Below the pieces are notes generated by a model. That model was not told the origin of the DNA. It made no database searches and saw only the letters and a list, made by a program, of their open reading frames with translations. DNA of 64,000 bases. Source: an uncultured Bacteroides sp. Its GTDB lineage: Bacteria; Bacteroidota; Bacteroidia; Bacteroidales; Bacteroidaceae. The stretch covers positions 9,818 to 73,817 of the forward strand of contig NZ_CAJTSC010000010.1 of NCBI RefSeq assembly GCF_910578895.1, written 5' to 3'. Of this stretch, positions 26,713 to 34,912 are shown piece after piece. Position numbers and translations under genes: made by a program. Position 1 is the stretch's first letter. The number at the start of each line of letters is the position of its first letter.

Positions 26713-27783
26713 ATGAGACGCAGTTTTATCACTCTATATGCGCTTGCAGCTACGGCGTTGACAGCCGTGGCGCAACCGCGTTTTACCTCCAATACGGAAA
26801 TGTACGATTTCGGGCAGATTGAATGGAAGCAACCGGCAACGGTGCAATACTCCATTACAAACACCGGAGACCGGCCTTTGGTGCTTACCGGGGTGGAACC
26901 GGATTGCGCCTGTTCCGTGGCGCGGTGGACAAAGACACCCATCGCCCCGGGAGCCAAGGGGGTGATTGATGTCACCTTCGATGCCCGTATGCTGGGGCAT
27001 TTCAATAAATCCGTAGCCGTCTACAGTAATGCCAGCCCCCATCTTGCCTATTTGAAGTTCAATGGCGAAGTGGTGCGCGAGATAAAGGACTTCACCAAAA
27101 TCCACCCGTACCTCATCGGGCAGATACGCATCGACAAGAACAGTCTCGACTTTCCCGATGTGCAAGCCGGCGAGAAGCCCGTGATGCGCATAGGAGTCGT
27201 GAATTTGTCGGACCGTTCGTACGAACCGGTGCTGATGCATCTGCCGCCCTACCTGCAGGCGGAAGCGGAACCCGCTGTCCTGCAAAAAGGCGAGAAGGGT
27301 GTCGTCACCGTCACGTTGGACTCCGAACGGTTGACAGGCTTCGGGCTGACGCAGGCCTCTGTCTACCTGTCGCGCTTTGCCGGAGACAAGGTGGGGGATG
27401 AAAACGAGATACCCGTTTCCGCCATTCTGCTGCCGGACTTCTCGGGCATGACCGAAGCGGAAAAGGCGAATGCGCCCGCTCTCAGCCTTTCTGCCAAGAA
27501 CATTGATATGAGCGCCGTGCTGGCAAAGAAGCCGAAGGCTCGCCAGGATATCATTATAACGAATACCGGCCGCTCTCCTTTGCAAATCAGCAAACTCCAG
27601 GTGTTCCACCCCGCTGTGGGTGCCAGCCTGAAGAAGGGCATGCTGCAACCGGGCGAGAGCACCCGCCTGCGCGTGACGGTGGTGAAGCACAACATCGGGA
27701 AGAAACGCCGCCATCTGCGTCTGCTGATGATTACGAACGACCCTATGCAGCCGAAAGTGGAAATCAATATCAAAGCTGAATGA
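26713..27783 (+). CDS. DUF1573 domain-containing protein
   Basis: Signal peptide, then FDFGQI...NTGDRPLVLTGVEPDCACSVARWTKTPIAPGAKGVIDVTFD, the DUF1573 hallmark. A second similar domain lies C-terminal. Confidence 0.75.
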   Translation: MRRSFITLYALAATALTAVAQPRFTSNTEMYDFGQIEWKQPATVQYSITNTGDRPLVLTGVEPDCACSVARWTKTPIAPGAKGVIDVTFDARMLGHFNKSVAVYSNASPHLAYLKFNGEVVREIKDFTKIHPYLIGQIRIDKNSLDFPDVQAGEKPVMRIGVVNLSDRSYEPVLMHLPPYLQAEAEPAVLQKGEKGVVTVTLDSERLTGFGLTQASVYLSRFAGDKVGDENEIPVSAILLPDFSGMTEAEKANAPALSLSAKNIDMSAVLAKKPKARQDIIITNTGRSPLQISKLQVFHPAVGASLKKGMLQPGESTRLRVTVVKHNIGKKRRHLRLLMITNDPMQPKVEINIKAE

Positions 27784-27784
27784 A

Positions 27785-27877
27785 TGGGGATTTGGATTTC
27801 AGATTTATGATTTCAGATTTTAGAACTTTGAAATCATAAATCTGAACTTTGAATTCTGAAATCTAAAATCTGAAATC
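27785..27877. repeat. A/T-rich heptamer-repeat palindrome (family 3) filling the DUF1573-meaB spacer
   Basis: Units gatttca/gatttat/gatttca/gatttta are followed by their inverted copies (gaaatcataaatctgaa, ttctgaaatctaaaatctgaaatc). The tract abuts the meaB ATG. Confidence 0.75.
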
Positions 27878-28975
27878 ATGGAACATCCTGAAAATAGCGC
27901 GGAATACAAAGGACTGGTTGTCAATGCAGGCATTGAACAGCCTTCGTCCGTCAATCCTTATCTGAAGCGGAAGCCGAAAAAGCGCCAGCTCTCCGTTGCG
28001 GAGTACGTAGAGGGCATTGTAAAAGGCGATGTCACGGTCTTAAGCCGTGCGGTGACGTTGGTGGAAAGCCTGAAGCCCGAACATCAGGCGGTGGCACAGG
28101 AGGTGATAGAAAAGTGCCTGCCATACTCCGGCAACTCTGTCCGCATAGGCATCAGCGGTGTGCCCGGAGCCGGCAAGAGTACGTCTATCGACGTATTCGG
28201 GCTGCACGTATTGGAGAAGCACGGCGGCAAACTGGCGGTGCTTGCCATCGACCCCAGCAGCGAGCGTAGCAAAGGCAGCATCCTGGGCGACAAGACCCGT
28301 ATGGAGAAACTCTCCGTCCATCCCAAATCCTTTATCCGCCCCAGCCCTTCGGCGGGTTCGTTGGGCGGCGTGGCACGCAAGACGCGTGAAACAATCGTGC
28401 TTTGCGAGGCAGCCGGCTTCGACAAGATATTCGTAGAGACGGTGGGCGTGGGGCAGAGCGAGACGGCGGTGCATTCCATGGTAGATTTCTTCCTGCTTAT
28501 CCAGCTTGCCGGTACGGGCGACGAGCTGCAAGGCATCAAGCGCGGCATCATGGAGATGGCGGACGGCATTGTCATCAACAAGGCGGACGGCGACAACCTG
28601 GAGCGTGCCCGGCTGGCTGCCACCCAGTTCCGCAACGCGCTGCATCTTTTCCCCGCCCCGGAGAGCGGCTGGACGCCGCAGGTGCTGACCTATTCCGGCT
28701 TCTACAACCTCGGCGTGCAGGAGGTGTGGGACATGGTGTACAAGTACGTCGACTTCGTGAAAGACAACGGCTACTTTGAGTATCGCCGCAACGAGCAGAG
28801 CAAGTACTGGATGTACGAGACCATCAATGAGCAGCTTCGCGACAGCTTCTACCAGAACCCCGAGATTGAAGCGATGCTTGCCGGCAAGGAAAGGCAAGTC
28901 CTGGAAGGCAACCTCACTTCCTTTGTCGCTGCCAAGAGCTTGCTGGACACTTATTTTGCGGGACTGAAAAAATAG
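27878..28975 (+). CDS. meaB: Methylmalonyl-CoA mutase-associated GTPase MeaB (ArgK family)
   Basis: 365 aa with P-loop GISGVPGAGKST, ETVGVGQSE and INKADGDN motifs. Confidence 0.85.
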   Translation: MEHPENSAEYKGLVVNAGIEQPSSVNPYLKRKPKKRQLSVAEYVEGIVKGDVTVLSRAVTLVESLKPEHQAVAQEVIEKCLPYSGNSVRIGISGVPGAGKSTSIDVFGLHVLEKHGGKLAVLAIDPSSERSKGSILGDKTRMEKLSVHPKSFIRPSPSAGSLGGVARKTRETIVLCEAAGFDKIFVETVGVGQSETAVHSMVDFFLLIQLAGTGDELQGIKRGIMEMADGIVINKADGDNLERARLAATQFRNALHLFPAPESGWTPQVLTYSGFYNLGVQEVWDMVYKYVDFVKDNGYFEYRRNEQSKYWMYETINEQLRDSFYQNPEIEAMLAGKERQVLEGNLTSFVAAKSLLDTYFAGLKK

Positions 28976-28987
28976 TGCCCTCTTGCT

Positions 28988-29077
28988 CACGGCTTTTGCA
29001 TTTAAAGGAGTTATTACTTCGTTAGGAGTTAAAGAAGTTAGAGAAGTTAAAGCCGATACTCTTGTGTATGAGAGGCG
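28988..29077. repeat. Family-1 element, truncated (left arm plus half of the central hairpin)
   Basis: Reads cacggcttttgcatttaaaggagttatt...ggagttaaagaagttagagaagttaaagccgatactcttgtgtatg. There is no right arm. Confidence 0.6.
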
Positions 29078-29151
29078 CTTGACCGTTCCCCGACCGAACC
29101 GGAACAGTTCCGCCGGGCGATGCATTTTCTCTTCCGTTTGTCAAGAAAAAG

Positions 29152-30066
29152 CTACACTTCCTTTCCCTCTCTCTCGAAGTCCTTGCGCGATTTGCTTTGC
29201 GTGACGATGTACACGCCGAGAAACACCAGTGCGATGGCAATCCCTTTCTCAAGATTGAACGTAGCCATGCCGATGACGACCGTAACGACGGACGCCACGA
29301 TTGGCTGCATATAGTTGTACATGCTCACCACCGTGGGGCGCAACAGCCGTTGTGCCGTCATGATGCAGATATATGCCAGGAAACTGCCGCCCACCACCAC
29401 GTAGCCTATCTGCCACAGTGCCGGGGCGGAGACCTCTTCCCAACGGATTGCCGCCACATCGTGGTAGGAGAAAGGAATGTAGCACATGGAGGCATAGACA
29501 AACATCCATTTGTTCAGCGTGATGGGCGAGTACTTCTGCGACAACCCTTTGAACACGGTGAGGTAGATGGAGAAACTGACCTGCGCGATGAGACACAGCA
29601 GGTCGCCTACGATACTGCCGTTGCTGCCCTTGCCGGTGCCTTGGCTGCTCATAATCAGTATCAACGCGCCCATTGCCCCCACGAAGATGCCCAGTACCTT
29701 CTTGTTGGTGACGGGCTCTTTCAGGTAGACAGCCGCTACAATCATGGTGACGATGGGCAGGGTTGTGGTGACGATAGAAGCGTCGATGGGGGAAGTCATG
29801 GACAGCCCGAAGATAAAGATTCCCTGGTTGAACACCAGCGCAAAAAGTGCGGCAAAGAATATCTTCAGCATATCCCGGTGGTCTACCTGCTCGCGTTTGC
29901 AGCACAGCGAGAGCAGCCAGAAACAGCCCGCCGCACCCACCATGCGGAAAGTGGTGACGGACAAGGGAGAAAATTCCGCCAATGCGGATTTGCCGATAGG
30001 AGCCATCAGCCCCCACAGGATGTTGGCGGTCAGGGCAAACAGATGCCCTTGCAGGTTCTTGTTCAT
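29152..30066 (-). CDS. DMT-superfamily (EamA-like) transporter
   Basis: Trimmed to MNKNLQGHLFALTANILWG. About ten TM helices in two EamA-like halves. Confidence 0.8.
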   Translation of the reverse strand: MNKNLQGHLFALTANILWGLMAPIGKSALAEFSPLSVTTFRMVGAAGCFWLLSLCCKREQVDHRDMLKIFFAALFALVFNQGIFIFGLSMTSPIDASIVTTTLPIVTMIVAAVYLKEPVTNKKVLGIFVGAMGALILIMSSQGTGKGSNGSIVGDLLCLIAQVSFSIYLTVFKGLSQKYSPITLNKWMFVYASMCYIPFSYHDVAAIRWEEVSAPALWQIGYVVVGGSFLAYICIMTAQRLLRPTVVSMYNYMQPIVASVVTVVIGMATFNLEKGIAIALVFLGVYIVTQSKSRKDFEREGKEV

Positions 30067-30218
30067 AGTGCGAAAATACAGGTATTGATGGTTAGACAAT
30101 ATATCGAATAAGGTTTCAGGGCGCTGATTTCCGGTCGTCCTGTTTCCTGTTCGGTATAAACTCCATTGATTGTCGTGAAAAACGCCGCAAAGGTAACTAA
30201 ATTCCCAATCTCTTTCTT

Positions 30219-30226
30219 TATATTTG
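30219..30226 (+). promoter_or_regulatory. Candidate -7 box (TATATTTG) upstream of the ATPase gene
   Basis: Matches TAnnTTTG, 26 nt before the ATG at 30252. I saw no clear -33 box. Confidence 0.3.
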
Positions 30227-30251
30227 TGACACGAATATATAGAGACACACT

Positions 30252-31094
30252 ATGGAAGTACAAGCCAATTACATCAAACGCATCGAGATATACGGATTGT
30301 GGCATCGGTACGACATCGCCTGGGAGCTGCGCTCCGATGTCAACATACTTTCCGGCATCAACGGAGTAGGGAAGACCACCATCCTGAACCGCTCGGTGGG
30401 CTATCTGGAACAGACCACTGGCGAGGTGAAGAGTGACGAGAAGAACGGCGTACGCATCTTTTTCGATAATCCCGAAGCTACTTTCATCCCTTACGATGTA
30501 ATCCGCAGCTACGACCGTCCCCTCGTCATGGGCGACTTCACCGCCCGCATGGCAGATCCCAACGTCAAGTCCGAACTGGACTGGCAACTCTATCTGCTTC
30601 AGCGCCGCTACCTCGACTACCAGGTGAACATCGGCAACAAGATGATTGAGCTGCTGAGCGGCGACGAGGAGCAGCGCAGCCTTGCCCCGATGCTGTCCGT
30701 GCCGAAACGGAAGTTTCAGGACATGGTTGACGAACTGTTCGGCTATACCCGCAAGAAGATAGACCGCAAGAGCAACGACATCGCCTTCTTCCAGGACGGC
30801 GAACGTCTCTTGCCCCATAAACTCTCGTCCGGCGAGAAACAGATGCTCGTAATCCTGCTGACGGTCCTTGTGCGCGATGGCGACCGCTGCGTGCTCTTCA
30901 TGGACGAGCCGGAAGCTTCCCTGCACATCGAATGGCAGCAGAAGCTTATCGGCATGATACGCCAGCTCAACCCGAACGTGCAGCTCATCCTCACCACCCA
31001 TTCGCCCGCCGTAATCATGGAAGGCTGGCTCGATGCGGTGACCGAAGTGGAAGATATCTCAACCGCCATCCCCTGCCCCCCAAAAAAAGAATAA
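30252..31094 (+). CDS. Compact ABC-type (AAA_21/OLD/RecF-like) ATPase, AriA/AbiLi-like
   Basis: Walker A GINGVGKTT, signature LSSGEKQ, Walker B LFMDEPEASLH and H-loop TTHSP. There is no transporter partner. Confidence 0.75.
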   Translation: MEVQANYIKRIEIYGLWHRYDIAWELRSDVNILSGINGVGKTTILNRSVGYLEQTTGEVKSDEKNGVRIFFDNPEATFIPYDVIRSYDRPLVMGDFTARMADPNVKSELDWQLYLLQRRYLDYQVNIGNKMIELLSGDEEQRSLAPMLSVPKRKFQDMVDELFGYTRKKIDRKSNDIAFFQDGERLLPHKLSSGEKQMLVILLTVLVRDGDRCVLFMDEPEASLHIEWQQKLIGMIRQLNPNVQLILTTHSPAVIMEGWLDAVTEVEDISTAIPCPPKKE

Positions 31095-31139
31095 TTCAAA
31101 ATTCACAATTCAAAATTCCTTTTCCCCTTCTCTTCTCCC

Positions 31140-32144
31140 GTGGCAACAACCCTACGACATAACCTGACTTCCGCCTACCTGGACGCCGCCCGTAAATTCT
31201 CCTCGCAGAAAAGGCGCAGGCGCATTGTGGCGTATGTGGAAAGCTATGACGATATCGCCTTCTGGCGTACTCTCCTGGCCGAGTTTGAAAATGAGGAGCG
31301 CTATTTCCAGGTGATGCTTCCCTCCGCCACCTCGTTGGCGAAGGGCAAGAAGATGGTGCTGATGAACACGCTCAATACCGCAGAGCTGGGGCGTAGCCTG
31401 ATAGCCTGTGTGGACAGTGATTACGACTTCCTGTTGCAGGGCGCCACCGATGTGTCGCGGAAGATAAACCGCAACCCTTACATTTTCCAGACCTACGGAT
31501 ACGCCATCGAGAACTTCCATTGCTTTGCCGAAAGCCTTCATGAGGTGTGCGTGCAGGCAACGCTGAACGACCGCTCCGTCCTCGACTTCCCCGCTTTCCT
31601 GAAGCGCTATTCGCAAATCGCCTATCCGCTGTTCCTGTGGAACGTGTGGTTCTACCGCCTGCACGACACGCACACATTCCCCATGTACGATTTCCACTCC
31701 TGCGTCCGTTTGCGTGAGGTGAACCTGCGGCATCCCGACGGTGCTTTGGACGCCATGCAGCGTGCGGTGTCCGCCAAGCTGTCCGAACTGGAAACCCGCT
31801 TTCCGCAGCACATCGAGCATGTGGACCGGCTGGGAGAGGAGTTGCGGAAGTTGGGGCTGATGCCCGACAACACTTATCTGTATATGCAGGGGCATCACAT
31901 CATGGATTGCGTGGTGCTGAAGTTGCTGATACCCGTCTGCACGTTGCTTCGCCGCGAGCGCGAGCAGGAGATTAAACGCCTGGCAGGGCACGACGAGCAG
32001 TTGCGCAACGAGCTGACGGGTTATGAGAACAGCCAGATTGACGTAGGCGTCATGCTGAGGAAAAACAGCGGCTACAAGAACCTCTATCTTTATCAATGGC
32101 TGAGGGAGGATATACGGGAGTTTCTTGAGAGGGAGAGGCTCTGA
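31140..32144 (+). CDS. DUF4435-like Toprim-type protein, AriB/AbiLii-like
   Basis: 334 aa with an apparent GTG start. It carries AYVESYDDIAFW (Glu) and ACVDSDYDFLL (DxD), the acidic Toprim signature. It lies 45 nt after the ATPase gene. Confidence 0.6.
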   Translation: MATTLRHNLTSAYLDAARKFSSQKRRRRIVAYVESYDDIAFWRTLLAEFENEERYFQVMLPSATSLAKGKKMVLMNTLNTAELGRSLIACVDSDYDFLLQGATDVSRKINRNPYIFQTYGYAIENFHCFAESLHEVCVQATLNDRSVLDFPAFLKRYSQIAYPLFLWNVWFYRLHDTHTFPMYDFHSCVRLREVNLRHPDGALDAMQRAVSAKLSELETRFPQHIEHVDRLGEELRKLGLMPDNTYLYMQGHHIMDCVVLKLLIPVCTLLRREREQEIKRLAGHDEQLRNELTGYENSQIDVGVMLRKNSGYKNLYLYQWLREDIREFLERERL

Positions 32145-32207
32145 CGCTCTTTGCCTGAAAGGAAAACGCGGCACTCTCCTCTACACTTTATGGAACAGTG
32201 TCATGCC

Positions 32208-33023
32208 TTACACTCCGCTGAAAGCACTGAATCCGCCGTCGATAGGCAGCAGTGCGCCTGTAACGAAGCTGGCGGCATCGCTGCACAGGAACTGTACGGC
32301 TCCGTTCAGCTCGTTGATGTCGCCGAAGCGCTTCATCGGGGTCTTTGCCAATACCTTCTTGCTGCGGTCGGTCAGTGAGCCGTCCGGGTTGATGAGCACG
32401 GCGCGGTTCTGGTCGCCGATGAAGAAGCCCGGGGCAATGGCGTTGACACGGATGCCGTCGCCGTATTTCAGCGCCAGTTCGCTTGCCAGCCACTGCGTGA
32501 AGTTGGCAACGGCGGTCTTGGCTGCCGAGTAGCCCGGAACGCGGGTGATGGCACTGTAAGCCGCCATCGACGATACGTTGACGATACATCCCTTGCCCTG
32601 CTTTGCCATCACTTTGCTGAATACCAAAGAGGGATAGACGGTGCCGTTCATGTTCAGGTTGGTCACCTTTTCCCAGCAGGCGATGTCCATGTCGTAGAAG
32701 TGCTGGTCGGGAGCCAGCGTGGCGCCCGGCATGTTTCCGCCGGCAATGTTCAGCAGGATGTCGATGCGTCCCCACTTTGCCACGATGTCGTCGGCAAGCT
32801 GCTCAAGGCTGGCGATGTCCAGCACGTTGCCCACGATGCCGATAACGTCTTCACCATATTCCTTCAGTTCTTCCACACGCTTGTCCAGCTGTTCCTGGCG
32901 GATGTCTACCGCCACCACTTTGGCGCCTTGCTGCATGAAACTCTTGGCAATGCTGCCGCCCAGCACACCACCTGCTCCGGTGATGACCGCTACTTTACCT
33001 GCAATACTGAATTGTTCGTTCAT
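32208..33023 (-). CDS. SDR-family oxidoreductase (probable D-mannonate oxidoreductase, given its uxuA neighbour)
   Basis: Contains GKVAVITGAGGVLGG (TGxxxGxG) and YSAAK (YxxxK). It lies immediately downstream of uxuA. Confidence 0.7.
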   Translation of the reverse strand: MNEQFSIAGKVAVITGAGGVLGGSIAKSFMQQGAKVVAVDIRQEQLDKRVEELKEYGEDVIGIVGNVLDIASLEQLADDIVAKWGRIDILLNIAGGNMPGATLAPDQHFYDMDIACWEKVTNLNMNGTVYPSLVFSKVMAKQGKGCIVNVSSMAAYSAITRVPGYSAAKTAVANFTQWLASELALKYGDGIRVNAIAPGFFIGDQNRAVLINPDGSLTDRSKKVLAKTPMKRFGDINELNGAVQFLCSDAASFVTGALLPIDGGFSAFSGV

Positions 33024-33059
33024 AGTTTTCTTTCTCCTTTCTTGCTTATTTATTAGAGT

Positions 33060-34238
33060 TTATATACGGTTCCCCAATTCATCCTGTACCACCGCCATCA
33101 TGCCTTCCACCTGTGCCAGTGCCAGCATGCGTCCGTGGAACGAATAGCCGGGATTATATCCCTTGTCCTCGTCGCCCAGCATCATCCGTCCGTGGTCCAC
33201 GCGCATCGGCAGGGCGGGGTTCTCCTTCTCGAAGATGCGGATAAGGTCGATGAGGTGCCCGCGTCCCGTCAGGTGCGAACTCTCTATGAAGTTTCCGCCC
33301 GGCATGGCTGCGGTGCTGCGCAGGTGCACGAAGTGGGTGCGCGAGGCGAACCGGCGGGCAAGCTCGCGGGTGTCGTTATGCTCTCCCGCGCTGAGCGAGC
33401 CGGCGCAGAAGGTCAGCCCGTTGTGCGGATTGTCCACGGCATGAAGGAACCATGCGATGTCCTCTTCGTTGGTGACGATGCGCGGCAGTCCCAATACCTG
33501 GAAAGGCGGGTCGTCGGGGTGCACGCATAGGTTCACGCCATACTCCTCGCACACCGGCATCACGGCGGCAAGGAAATGGCGCATGTTTTCGCGCAGCGCG
33601 TCGCGGTCGATGCCCTTGTACAGTGCCAGCAGGCGCTTGAAGATGCTTACCGGGTTCTTGTCCCCCTCCTTGATGTTGCCGTTCACGAAGCCCTGCGTCT
33701 TTACGATAATCGTGTCGATGAGGTTCTCTTTCTCGGCTTCGGTGATGGTCTTGTCCAGCTCCGCCACCTTGGCAAGCTCTTCTGCCGAATAGTCCTGTTC
33801 CGCTCCCTCGCGTTGCAGGATGCGCAGGTCGAAATAGGCGAAGCGTATCCGGTCGAAGTAGAGCGACGAGGTGCCGTCCGCCCAAGGGTGTTGCAGGTCG
33901 GTGCGTATCCAGTCGATGACGGGCATGAAGTTGTAGCACACGGTCTTTATGCCGCACTTGCCCAGGTTGGCAAGGCTCACCTTGTAGTTCTCTATCAGTT
34001 GTTCCCGTTCCGGTCCGGCATACTTGATTGCCTCGCACACGGGCAGGCTCTCCACGACCGACCATCGCAAGCCGTGCGACTCGATGTAACGCTTCAGGTC
34101 GCCGATAGCCTCTTCGGTCCATACTTCGCCGTTGGGCACATCGTGCAGGGCGGTGACTATGCCTTCCACGCCGATTTGCCGGAGCATATCGAGCGTTATC
34201 TTGTCTTTCTTGCCAAACCATCTCCAGGTCTTTTCCAT
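33060..34238 (-). CDS. uxuA: Mannonate dehydratase
   Basis: 392 aa starting MEKTWRWFGKKDKITLDMLRQIGVEGIV, the canonical UxuA N-terminus. Confidence 0.9.
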   Translation of the reverse strand: MEKTWRWFGKKDKITLDMLRQIGVEGIVTALHDVPNGEVWTEEAIGDLKRYIESHGLRWSVVESLPVCEAIKYAGPEREQLIENYKVSLANLGKCGIKTVCYNFMPVIDWIRTDLQHPWADGTSSLYFDRIRFAYFDLRILQREGAEQDYSAEELAKVAELDKTITEAEKENLIDTIIVKTQGFVNGNIKEGDKNPVSIFKRLLALYKGIDRDALRENMRHFLAAVMPVCEEYGVNLCVHPDDPPFQVLGLPRIVTNEEDIAWFLHAVDNPHNGLTFCAGSLSAGEHNDTRELARRFASRTHFVHLRSTAAMPGGNFIESSHLTGRGHLIDLIRIFEKENPALPMRVDHGRMMLGDEDKGYNPGYSFHGRMLALAQVEGMMAVVQDELGNRI

Positions 34239-34451
34239 ACTTCTTTCGTATTAATGATTTAAAATGATTGTTTACCGCAAAGATAGCCACTAAAACGCTT
34301 CGCATGTGAACGGATATTTGCAGGATGTTTGCGGATATTTGCATATATCGGGCAGTTCTGCCGGTCATGCACGGCTTTTTCATTTGCGGGAGTAGCCGGT
34401 CTGAAGTGTCATGCCACAGTGCCGGCGGAAAGGGCGGCGGGAGTTTCTTTT

Positions 34452-34537
34452 GTTCCCAACAAGCTGGGAATTTGTTCCACACTTGTTGGAACTGCCTTCC
34501 CAAAGGGTTGGGAAATCGTTCCCGGCTTGCCGGGAAC
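34452..34537. repeat. Array of four adjacent 19-20-nt hairpins (GTTCC..N..GGAAC type)
   Basis: The hairpins are gttcccaacaagctgggaa, gttccacacttgttggaac, cttcccaaagggttgggaa and gttcccggcttgccgggaac. The stems differ in sequence but pairing is preserved. Confidence 0.7.
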
Positions 34538-34548
34538 ACTTGGAGTCC

Positions 34549-34848
34549 TTTACATAGTCCGCTATGCTTCTCATGAAAACTGAAAAACATCCTTGCTAAG
34601 AAACTCTCACGGCTTTTTCATTTACAGGAATTAAGAGGAGTCATCACTTCGCATCGCTTCATTAGGAGTTAAGGGAGTTAGAGGAGTTAGAGCCGATACT
34701 CTTGTGTATTACATCGTTGCAGAGGTATCGGTTTTAACTTCTAACCCGGTTTGGCGGCTGATAACTCCCTTTAACTCCTCTAACTCCTGTAAATGAAAAA
34801 GCCGTGAAGAACCCTCAAAATAATGCCGGATAAAATTTAAACAGGCTC
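34549..34848. repeat. Family-2 element interrupted by a family-1 element
   Basis: The core catagtccgctatgcttctcatgaaaactgaaaaacatcc...aagaaactctca sits left of the insert. To its right are aagaaccctcaaaataatgccggataaaatttaaacaggctc. Confidence 0.7.
34608..34806. repeat. Family-1 palindromic element, best-preserved copy (199 bp)
   Basis: The 22-nt termini are perfect inverted copies (cacggctttttcatttacagga / tcctgtaaatgaaaaagccgtg). The arms are GGAGTTA-rich and the central hairpin is gccgatac...gtatcgg. Confidence 0.85.
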
Positions 34849-34912
34849 TTATTATTCGTATCTTTGGGCGGCGGGCAGGCAGATGTGCGCCGCACCCGCA
34901 TCAGGCAGCGTT

